The notes under the pieces are model-generated. The model had not been told where the DNA came from. It saw nothing but the letters and a program-made list of their open reading frames with translations, and made no database searches. 64,000 bases of DNA from Chloroflexota bacterium (GTDB lineage Bacteria > Chloroflexota > Dehalococcoidia > Dehalococcoidales > UBA2162), in contig JBDRLU010000033.1 of NCBI GenBank assembly GCA_043812795.1, positions 27,763-91,762 on the forward strand, in the 5' to 3' direction. Shown piece after piece: positions 38,090 to 45,798 of the stretch. How positions within the stretch are numbered: position 1 is the first letter of the stretch; each line of letters opens with the position of its first letter. Made by a program: the position numbers and the translations under genes.

Positions 38090-38118
38090 AATATAGTCTG
38101 TTCATAAAGTAAAGTCAA
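38090..38118 (-). promoter_or_regulatory. sigma70-type promoter (TTGACT-17-TATATT) for the dockerin-protein gene
   Basis: On the minus strand: TTGACT (38118-38113), a 17-nt spacer, then TATATT (38095-38090). It lies about 200 nt upstream of the start codon. Confidence 0.5.
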
Positions 38119-38213
38119 TATGTCCGTGAGCTGCCGGTGGAGGATTGGACGGTCCCGATTTGACGGAGCGGAGCGCGTATAATATAGTGCGGTCGGAGAA
38201 GGTAATACGCAAT

Positions 38214-38822
38214 ATGACGACGACGATTTTTCTCATCCGCCACGGGCAAACTGAATCGAATGTTAACGGTTTCTTTACCGGCTGGACCGACGAGGACATC
38301 AACGAAGCAGGCCAAATCCAGTCCCGCCGTCTGGCCCGGCGGCTGGCCGGATTTCCTATTACTTCGGTCTATACCAGCCCGCTACGGCGAGCGTATACTA
38401 CTGCTATGATTCTCGCCGGACATCATCGGGTTGAGCCGGAGGCATCAGACGACTTGATAGATATAAAGCTGGGGGACTGGCAGGGACGGCCGATGGATGA
38501 AATCCAGCGAAGATGGCCGGACCGGTGGAAGGAATGGCGGGCTAATCCATCTGACGTTAACATACCCAACGGTGAGAATCTGAGTCAGGTGGCCGAGCGT
38601 GCGGTGAGGAGCTTTGACCGGATAGTAGCCGCTAACCCGGGTAAGCAAGCGGTCATCGTTACCCATAATTTAATCGTTAAAGTGCTGGTGGCGCACGTCC
38701 TCGGCGTACCTTACGGCATCAATCGCCGGTTTCAGGTCAGTAATGCCTCGTTGAACACGGTAGAGGTCACCGATGGCTCTTTGCGTCTGGTCAGGCTTAA
38801 CGATACGTCACATCTGGAATAA
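38214..38822 (+). CDS. histidine phosphatase family protein (phosphoglycerate mutase-like)
   Basis: MTTTIFLIRHGQTESN carries the RHG catalytic motif, and a later VTHN region is present. ATG 38214 is preferred over the upstream in-frame start at 38145. Confidence 0.85.
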   Translation: MTTTIFLIRHGQTESNVNGFFTGWTDEDINEAGQIQSRRLARRLAGFPITSVYTSPLRRAYTTAMILAGHHRVEPEASDDLIDIKLGDWQGRPMDEIQRRWPDRWKEWRANPSDVNIPNGENLSQVAERAVRSFDRIVAANPGKQAVIVTHNLIVKVLVAHVLGVPYGINRRFQVSNASLNTVEVTDGSLRLVRLNDTSHLE

Positions 38823-38920
38823 TGGATTACCTCCTCTCAAGCGGACTGCCTAGAGGACGGGGGGAAAGATTTAGGCATTTTTATGGGAACGTGAATATTG
38901 AAATACCGTTCATGGTGAGC

Positions 38921-38964
38921 TTGTCGAACCATGAATCGCCCTTCGACAGGCTCAGGGCGAACGG
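38921..38964. repeat. REP-like intergenic repeat, family 1 (second copy)
   Basis: TTGTCGAACCATGAATCGCCCTTCGACAGGCTCAGGGCGAACGG matches 136-175. Confidence 0.6.
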
Positions 38965-39045
38965 ATGAGATCCTTTGCTCGCAGTGAATGGCTGAAGAGG
39001 ACGCCATCTTTTACTTTAAGAGTTTTAGATAACGGATCCCCAGTC

Positions 39046-40146
39046 TTAGCGCAAGCAGTTCCAGTAGTCTTTCAAATAGTTTTTTACGTCTCGGATAACT
39101 ATCTTGACATCCGTTAAGGAGTGGTCAATATTGAGCCAGGGTGGGGCCGGTCTCGGATCGCGTAGTGGGACGTCGATACCAGCCAACCCGCAGATTAAGG
39201 CCAGCCAGGCATGGGGCAAGACTCTTTTGTTATAGCCCGAGGCGATTAAATCGATTACTTTCTCGTCACAAAGCCGGGATATTTCCCTGACCTGTTCGCC
39301 AATTAATTTGAATCCATCTACCTCCAGCCCCAGGCTGGTCAGGCCGTCGCTGACGTGGGGGTCGGAGCCACCGTTACGGATAATGATTTGAGGCCTGAAC
39401 TCTTCGGCTACCGGCCGGACAATCTCTTCGAAGACCAGTCGATAGGATTCTTGGCCGGAATAGAGGGGCATGGGCACATTGATGGTGAAACCTTTACCTT
39501 TGCCGGTGCCAATCTGATTGGGGAAACCGGTGCCGGGGTAGACTGTCCTCGGGTCCTGGTGGAGGTCGATGAACAGGACGGTCGGGTCTTCAGCGAAATA
39601 GCCGGCCGTCCCGTTGCCGGCATGAGCATCGGTGTCCAGGATAAGGATGCGCTCCAGCTTATATTTTTGCTGTAGATATTTAGCACAAAAGGCAACATCG
39701 TTATAAATACAGAAGCCTTCCCCGTAATCGGGTTTGGCGTGATGCAGTCCGCCGCCGATGGAGACTACCTTTTCCGCGCCGTCGGTTTGAATCAGGTCGG
39801 CGGCCAGCTTGGCCTGGCCGATGACAAGCCGGGCCGCTGCCTCGACTTTGCCCGGCCTCCCCTTCGGCTTATTATCTTTGCTCTGGAACCGGGAAAAATC
39901 ACCGGGGTAGGTTAAGCCTGCATTAGCCGCGGCATAATAGCCTTTATTGAAGGCGATATAGTCCTTGTTACAGATAAGACATAAATCTTTGTCGCTTGCT
40001 GACTTGGCCAGTAGGACTCGGTAGGTCCCATCGGGGAGCTTGTCCTTTAAGAATACGGGGAATGTTTGGTAACGGTCGCCGCGGAAGTGATGCCCCGGCC
40101 CGAAATCATATTCCTTCAGTTCTTCCCGGTACAAGATGGTGAGCAT
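39046..40146 (-). CDS. histone-deacetylase-family enzyme (AcuC/acetylpolyamine amidohydrolase-like)
   Basis: GGGLHHAKPDYGEGFCIYNDVA and DTDAHAGNG are the HDAC Zn and active-site motifs. Confidence 0.85.
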   Translation of the reverse strand: MLTILYREELKEYDFGPGHHFRGDRYQTFPVFLKDKLPDGTYRVLLAKSASDKDLCLICNKDYIAFNKGYYAAANAGLTYPGDFSRFQSKDNKPKGRPGKVEAAARLVIGQAKLAADLIQTDGAEKVVSIGGGLHHAKPDYGEGFCIYNDVAFCAKYLQQKYKLERILILDTDAHAGNGTAGYFAEDPTVLFIDLHQDPRTVYPGTGFPNQIGTGKGKGFTINVPMPLYSGQESYRLVFEEIVRPVAEEFRPQIIIRNGGSDPHVSDGLTSLGLEVDGFKLIGEQVREISRLCDEKVIDLIASGYNKRVLPHAWLALICGLAGIDVPLRDPRPAPPWLNIDHSLTDVKIVIRDVKNYLKDYWNCLR

Positions 40147-40251
40147 CTTCTACATTGTAGGTGAATTGCGCCATATTGGCAACGTAAAACATTGACTGTG
40201 GTAGTACGAGAGACTAGGATATAGCTCAACCGACTGATTAAAGGTACCAGC

Positions 40252-40788
40252 ATGATTGGGCAATTCTTTTTTGCAGAACCTTGGGAACAGAAAGAAGCCT
40301 CGGTAGAATGGGGCGAATACCGGATTGAGGTCGTCCGAATATCCGAACCGGGGCCGACGGTTGAAGTGAGTAATCTTTTTCACCGATTGTACGCTCAGTC
40401 ACAGCATGGTGAAGAAACGAGTCCCTATTTTGCCGGATACTTGAGATTTAGGGCGAAGGCCTTTCCACGCTCCGGCGGCAGGCAGGATAATGATAGTATT
40501 GCTGGCAGTGCCGAATACCGGTACTGGCCTTCCCTGAATCTGGGTTACATCGAGTACGTCCAGGTCGATGCCGGTACGCGTCGAAAAGGCCTTGGCGTCA
40601 AACTGGTCAACTTTATCGTTGATTACATGCGACGTAAGGGTAGCTGGCGCGTTTATGCCTTTGCCGTCAATGCCATGGGGTGCCGGTTACTGGCGCGGGC
40701 GGGATTTACGGATGAGACACCTGAAGACCCGGCCAGCCCGCGTCGGAAATGGTTCTTCTGTAACACGAGACGTCGGCCGGTGACTTAA
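40252..40788 (+). CDS. GNAT-family N-acetyltransferase (divergent)
   Basis: YVQVDAGTRRKGLGVKLVNFIVDYMRRKG matches the acetyl-CoA-binding motif A (Q/RxxGxG/A). The N-terminal half is unrecognised. Confidence 0.6.
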   Translation: MIGQFFFAEPWEQKEASVEWGEYRIEVVRISEPGPTVEVSNLFHRLYAQSQHGEETSPYFAGYLRFRAKAFPRSGGRQDNDSIAGSAEYRYWPSLNLGYIEYVQVDAGTRRKGLGVKLVNFIVDYMRRKGSWRVYAFAVNAMGCRLLARAGFTDETPEDPASPRRKWFFCNTRRRPVT

Positions 40789-41708
40789 CGCTGTCCGAAG
40801 CTATCACCCGGTTTCAGAGATACGGCCTGAGCATACTGGGCGGCCGGTATTTTAGCCGAAGCTTCCGGTTGTACCCGTTTGGCCAGAATGGAACCGCTCT
40901 GGCCAGCTATCACAATGCCTTTCTCATTGCATTCCACAATCTGTCCCGGGGCTTTGTCGGAAGGCTGTTGTATCAACTCAGAATCGAAGATTTTGAGCTT
41001 CTTGCCAGCGAAGCAGGTAATGGCTCCCGGCTGGGGATTGGTGCCCCGAATCAGGTTGTAAACTTTCGTGGCTGGCTGCGACCAGTCGATGACGGAGTCC
41101 TTCTCGGTGCACAGGCCCTCATAGGTGGCCTGCGATTCGTCCTGGGGAATGCGTGGAGCGTGGCCCTGTTTGACCAGTTCGACGGCTTCCACCAGTGTCT
41201 GCACGCCCAGAGGGAAAAGTTTATCGAAATAAAGGGAACCGACCGTATCGTCGGGTAAGATGTCAACCTCTTTCTGCAGCAGGATAGGCCCGGTATCGAT
41301 ACCGCGGTCGGGCCAGAAGATGGTGAGACCGGTCCCGGTCTCACCGTTGATGATAGGCCAGTTGATGGCACTGCCTCCCCGGTGTTTGGGCAATAAAGAG
41401 GGGTGGTATTGGATTGTTTCCAGCCGCGGGCACTTCAATATTTTTTCCGGAACGATATCGGTAACGAAAGCCATGATGCCCAGGTCGGCTTTAAGTCCGG
41501 CAAACTGGGTGTAAACGGCGGGGTCACGCATTCGCGTTGGCTGGAAAACGGGGATGCCTTGTTTCCCGGCCGATTCGACGAGCGGGTCTAACCTCCCTCC
41601 CGGTACCGAAGGCGGCGCGTACACGGCGATGACCTCCTCACGTTTTTCCAGTAACGATTGGAGAATTTTCTCACCGAAAGCCGCCTGTCCGATTAAGACG
41701 ATGCGCAT
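40785..41708 (-). CDS. formyltransferase, Fmt/ArnA/FDH-N superfamily (stand-alone, 307 aa)
   Basis: MRIVLIGQAAFGEKIL..., YHPSLLPKHRGGSAINWPIINGETGTGLTIFWPDRGIDTGPILLQ and the C-terminal beta-barrel domain are present. By eye it is closer to the 10-formyl-THF dehydrogenase N-domain/ArnA branch (GQxxFG, SAINW) than to canonical Fmt (GTPxFA, APIQR). Confidence 0.8.
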   Translation of the reverse strand: MRIVLIGQAAFGEKILQSLLEKREEVIAVYAPPSVPGGRLDPLVESAGKQGIPVFQPTRMRDPAVYTQFAGLKADLGIMAFVTDIVPEKILKCPRLETIQYHPSLLPKHRGGSAINWPIINGETGTGLTIFWPDRGIDTGPILLQKEVDILPDDTVGSLYFDKLFPLGVQTLVEAVELVKQGHAPRIPQDESQATYEGLCTEKDSVIDWSQPATKVYNLIRGTNPQPGAITCFAGKKLKIFDSELIQQPSDKAPGQIVECNEKGIVIAGQSGSILAKRVQPEASAKIPAAQYAQAVSLKPGDSFGQR

Positions 41709-41740
41709 TGCTCAACTCCTCGTTAATGTCCAAGATTGTG

Positions 41741-43384
41741 TCAGGCAGTAGCCGACATGGTCGAAGTCAGGTGGCCGTATTCCATGGTCTGGTCGATAAT
41801 GACGTTGATGCAGGCGGGTAGTCCTGACGAGAATGACCTCTCGAGGGCGGGCCGAATTTGCTCCGGTCTTTCCACGAACTCACCGTGGCCACCGAGGGCT
41901 TCGACCATTTTATCGTAGCGGGCTTTCCCGAGCGCCCGGCCTAAGGCGACCGACCCCTGTGGTACCGGTGACCAGGCTCGGTTATTGCCGATGACGGAAA
42001 CGACGGGGATGTTATGACGGGCCATGGTATCGAATTCCATGGCGTTCAGGCCGAAGGCGCCGTCGCCGTTGACAATGAGCACCTGCTTATCCGGCTCGGC
42101 CAGTTTGGCGGCCATGGCAAAGCCGGTGCCTACGCCCAGACACCCCAGCTTACCCGGGTCGAGCCAGTGGCCGGGGTAGTTTATTTTCAGGATTTGAGCG
42201 GCGTAGGAAACGATATCGCCGCCGTCACCGACCACGATGGCATCGCGGTCGAGAAAGTCGCGTACTTCGCGGAGCAGCCTGACCGGATGGATGGGCACGG
42301 CATCCGAGTGCATGAATGGCTCCAGTTCTTTTGTCCTGGCGGCTTCAACGGCCCGGAGTTTTTCCAGCCACTCAGGATGCTTGGTTACTTTGCCGGCGGG
42401 AAGTTCGGCCAAGAGTTGCTTGAGCACTTCTTTGGTATCGCCAAGGATACCGACATCGATAGGCCGGTTGTGGCCGATTTCGGTCTGGTCGATATCAATC
42501 TGGATAACCTTGACTCCTTTATTGAATAGTGGCGGCGCCCCGTAATTCAAACGGAAGTCAATTACTGTACCGATGAGGACAATAACGTCGGCCTGGCCGA
42601 GGGCGAGACGCCGTGAATAAACGGAGAACTGCGGATGGTCGGCCGGGATACAGCCACGCCCCATGCCATTGAGAAAGACAGGGGCGCCGATGGTTTCAAT
42701 GAACTTTTGTAGCTCCTCGCTGGCGTGAGACCAGTATACGGTGCTTCCCGCCATTACCGCTGGTCGCTGGGCTTTACTGAGTAATTCAGCGGCTGCCTTC
42801 ACCAGCTCGGGATTGCCCGGTACCCTAGCGGTCGTCCGTGATTTAGCCGGTTCGGGGAAGACAACTTCGGATTCCTCGACGGTAGCATTGAAGATATCCA
42901 TCGGGCATTCCAGTACGACCGGGCCGGGTTTGCCGGCCAGAGCATACTTATAAGCCATACTGATATACTCGGGAATCCGCTTCGTTTCATAGACAGTGCG
43001 GGCCCATTTGGTAATCGGTTTCATGAACTCCAGGTGGTCCATTTCCTGGAGGGGGCTTTTTTCAAACGAACCGACCGGACTACGTCCGGCCAGGACGAGC
43101 ATGGGGCTGCCGGCTTGGTAGGCATTGGCCACGGCCGTGACTACATCGGTGACGCCCGGCCCGGCGGTGACTACTGCCACGCCCATCTGCCCGGTAACCC
43201 GCGACCACCCCTCGGCGGCGTGCCCGGCGGCTTGTTCGTGACGGACATCGATTATCTTCATCCCCTCACTATCAGCACCGTGGAAAATAGCGGCGATATG
43301 CCCGCCCCAAAGGCCGAACAAATATCTTACTCCTTCTGCTTTCAAAGCCTTCGCCGCCAGTGTCCCGCCATCAACTTTAGCCAT
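41741..43384 (-). CDS. TPP-dependent enzyme of the oxalyl-CoA decarboxylase / 2-hydroxyacyl-CoA lyase subfamily
   Basis: 547 aa. It has the three-domain ALS-like layout, LQEMDH (compare YEEMDQ of Oxc), FLNGMGRGCIPADHPQ (compare Oxc MGMAKGLLPDNHPQ and HACL MGKGVVPDNHP) and the TPP motif GDGAFGLNAMEFDTMARHNIPVVSVIGNN. Confidence 0.8.
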   Translation of the reverse strand: MAKVDGGTLAAKALKAEGVRYLFGLWGGHIAAIFHGADSEGMKIIDVRHEQAAGHAAEGWSRVTGQMGVAVVTAGPGVTDVVTAVANAYQAGSPMLVLAGRSPVGSFEKSPLQEMDHLEFMKPITKWARTVYETKRIPEYISMAYKYALAGKPGPVVLECPMDIFNATVEESEVVFPEPAKSRTTARVPGNPELVKAAAELLSKAQRPAVMAGSTVYWSHASEELQKFIETIGAPVFLNGMGRGCIPADHPQFSVYSRRLALGQADVIVLIGTVIDFRLNYGAPPLFNKGVKVIQIDIDQTEIGHNRPIDVGILGDTKEVLKQLLAELPAGKVTKHPEWLEKLRAVEAARTKELEPFMHSDAVPIHPVRLLREVRDFLDRDAIVVGDGGDIVSYAAQILKINYPGHWLDPGKLGCLGVGTGFAMAAKLAEPDKQVLIVNGDGAFGLNAMEFDTMARHNIPVVSVIGNNRAWSPVPQGSVALGRALGKARYDKMVEALGGHGEFVERPEQIRPALERSFSSGLPACINVIIDQTMEYGHLTSTMSATA

Positions 43385-43533
43385 TTCCTTGCCTCCTTCT
43401 CATCAATAGAAATCCACGTATCAGGGAGGTAACCCCCCAAGTTTGACAGACCTATTCATAGCATATTTCATCGGCTGAACGCAAGAGACTTTTTGTGATT
43501 TAACCAGGGGGCCGCCGGAAGAGGAATCTCGAA

Positions 43534-44835
43534 TTATCCGCCGGTTGGTAGTGGCTGTTGTTTCGGAGCAGCGGGCATGGTGAACATGAGGGCGGCACTC
43601 ACCAGGCCGGCGATGGCTAGAACAAGCCAGGTGGGATCGTACCTGCCACGGGTATCGAAGACCCACCCGACCAGTGGCGGCGTAATCACTGACATGACCG
43701 TAGTGAAAATTTGCTGCAAGCCGAAGATACTGCCAAAATGCCGGGCACCGAAATATTCTCTGATGAGAGTTGCCCTCAGGGGCGTGGCGGCACCGAAACC
43801 GATGCCATACAGGACGATGAATGGAACGGTCATCCAGGAAGAACCAGGCTTGATACCAGCGAAGAAGAATAAGGCGGCAGCCATCAGCATGGTAGAAATG
43901 CCCGTCAGGTAGCGCTTCTGGAAAATATCAACCAGCCAGCCCCACATGAACCGGGCGGGGACGCTCACTAAAAGGAATAACATCGCTACCATTGCCGCCG
44001 CTGCCCGGCTCAAACCTACCATCGGACTGGCCAGTTAAGGCACTACGTGTAATGTCACCGCACCGATGCTGGCCCAATGGAACATCTCGGCGAATCCCAG
44101 TTGCCAGAAGGCCCTGGTCCGGGAGGCTTCCCGGACGCCGGGATTATATTCGCTGAAGCGGACTCTTGGTGAGTCCTTTGAACTATCCGGTTTAACTCCA
44201 TCGGGGAGCAGGCCGTAGTCTTCGGGCCTATCTCGGTAAACGAAAGCGAGTGGTATACCGACGATGGCGACCATGGCGGCGACGAGGAGTAGTACCGTGC
44301 GCCAGCCGTAGGCATCAACCAGAAATACCAGCACCGGGACGCCGTAGCCGCCGAGGCCGATACCCATGGCCACAATGCCATTGACCTTGCCGATGCTCTT
44401 CTTGAACCATCGGGCAATGGCGGCGGCTGGTGCCATGTGCGTCGCGAGCGAGCTGCCGGCAGCGGCGACCAGGAAACTGGCGTATAACATGGGCAGATTT
44501 CTCGTCTGGCTGAGCAGAGCGTAGCCGAGAGCTTCGACCGCCACACCGATGAGTATTAACCACTTCGCCGGGAAACGGTCAACTGCCCGGCCGAAAAACG
44601 GGCTTAAGACGCCGGTCTCGATGCTGCGTAAGGACATCGCCAGTGAAATCTGGGCATAGCTCCAGCCGAATGAGGCGGCAATCGGGGTTATCAGTGTCGT
44701 CAGTCCCTTGGATACGACACCAACGACGAAAATATTTTCCACCACATAAGCGGCGACGATATACCAACCGTAAAAGACCGTTTTCGTCTTTTTGATGAGA
44801 GCTGTGGCGGAGAAGCTATTTACTTTCACGGACAA
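43534..44835 (-). pseudogene. OFA-type MFS transporter interrupted by an in-frame TAA (44035-44037)
   Basis: ORFs 44035-44835 and 43534-44022 are in the same frame. The read-through is ...VTLHVVP*LASPMVGLSRAAA, where related MFS proteins typically have Tyr (VPY). It is a paralog of 10805-12103. Confidence 0.75.
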
Positions 44836-44924
44836 CCTGTTCCAGTGGACTGGCCTGATACTATGCCGGGCGGCTTATCGATGATAGACCCTACACTGCC
44901 TTGACCACCACCATGGTACGGTCA

Positions 44925-44953
44925 ATAATATGGTGTGGTATGCCCGTTGTCAA
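44925..44953 (-). promoter_or_regulatory. sigma70-type promoter (TTGACA-17-TATTAT) upstream of the OFA-MFS gene
   Basis: On the minus strand: TTGACA (44953-44948), a 17-nt spacer, then TATTAT (44930-44925). Confidence 0.45.
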
Positions 44954-44957
44954 TTTT

Positions 44958-45737
44958 CTAAATAGCTGGCTTCGTCGCTTTCCAGATTCTGGCGGCTCCG
45001 AGTACTACTCGGAGTTCCTCTTTCATTTTAATACCTGCTTTGCTGAGTAAGCCTTCCAGGTCGGAATTAATAAATTCCAGATAATATTTACCTTCATAAA
45101 GTTTGACCAGATGGTAAATCAGAAACCGGCCAAGTTTATTTTGAGGCAATGCGTAATCAATAATCAGTATCGTCCCTTCCGGTCTGGTCACTCTCACCAT
45201 TTCTCGCAATGCCCTTTCCCGGATGGTCAGCGGCATATCGTGTAAGGCGAAAGAGATACAGGAAACATCGAAGGTACTGGCGGCAAAGGGCAGGTTGGCA
45301 GCATCGGCAGCCTGGAATTTCACCCCGTGTTTATTGTGGCGATGGGCTATTTCAAGCATGGCTTCCGACAGGTCGATGCCGGTAACATCATAACCCTTAC
45401 GGGCGAAAGCAAACGCCTGCTTTCCTGTGCCAGTGGCGACATCCAGTATCTTCGCCCCGTCCCTGGCATCGGCAAAAGTAACTGCTCTATCCCTCAACTT
45501 CGAGACGGGCCTGGTTACGATATCGTAAAAAGGGGCTAACCCCTTGAATACTCTTTCTATCAGCGAGTAGTATTCTTTTTCTTCAGACGTTATTTTGTTA
45601 GCTTGGTTCTTACTCAATTCTATTACCATCACCTTCGCTAGCTGGGGCACCACCAGATGCTTATTGTACCATCCTTTTGTTTTCAGCAAATCAGCTATGG
45701 TGACCGTTTGGGACAGGAGAGTTGAGAATAACGCCAA
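44958..45737 (-). CDS. class I SAM-dependent methyltransferase (UbiE/COQ5-like)
   Basis: ILDVATGTGKQAFAFARKGYDVTGIDLSEAML is SAM motif I plus post-I. The start is uncertain (TTG 45737 or an internal ATG). Confidence 0.75.
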   Translation of the reverse strand: MALFSTLLSQTVTIADLLKTKGWYNKHLVVPQLAKVMVIELSKNQANKITSEEKEYYSLIERVFKGLAPFYDIVTRPVSKLRDRAVTFADARDGAKILDVATGTGKQAFAFARKGYDVTGIDLSEAMLEIAHRHNKHGVKFQAADAANLPFAASTFDVSCISFALHDMPLTIRERALREMVRVTRPEGTILIIDYALPQNKLGRFLIYHLVKLYEGKYYLEFINSDLEGLLSKAGIKMKEELRVVLGAARIWKATKPAI

Positions 45738-45798
45738 AAGGCTGCTACAATAGAAATCTCACAAAGATTTTTGACGGACTAGTAGAGAAAAAGGGGGT

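Noticed and set aside
44035-44037. The in-frame stop in the OFA-MFS gene, considered as a recoding event (Sec/Pyl).
   Set aside because: The codon is TAA, not TGA or TAG. No downstream recoding structure was noticed. A nonsense mutation of a Tyr codon is the simpler explanation.
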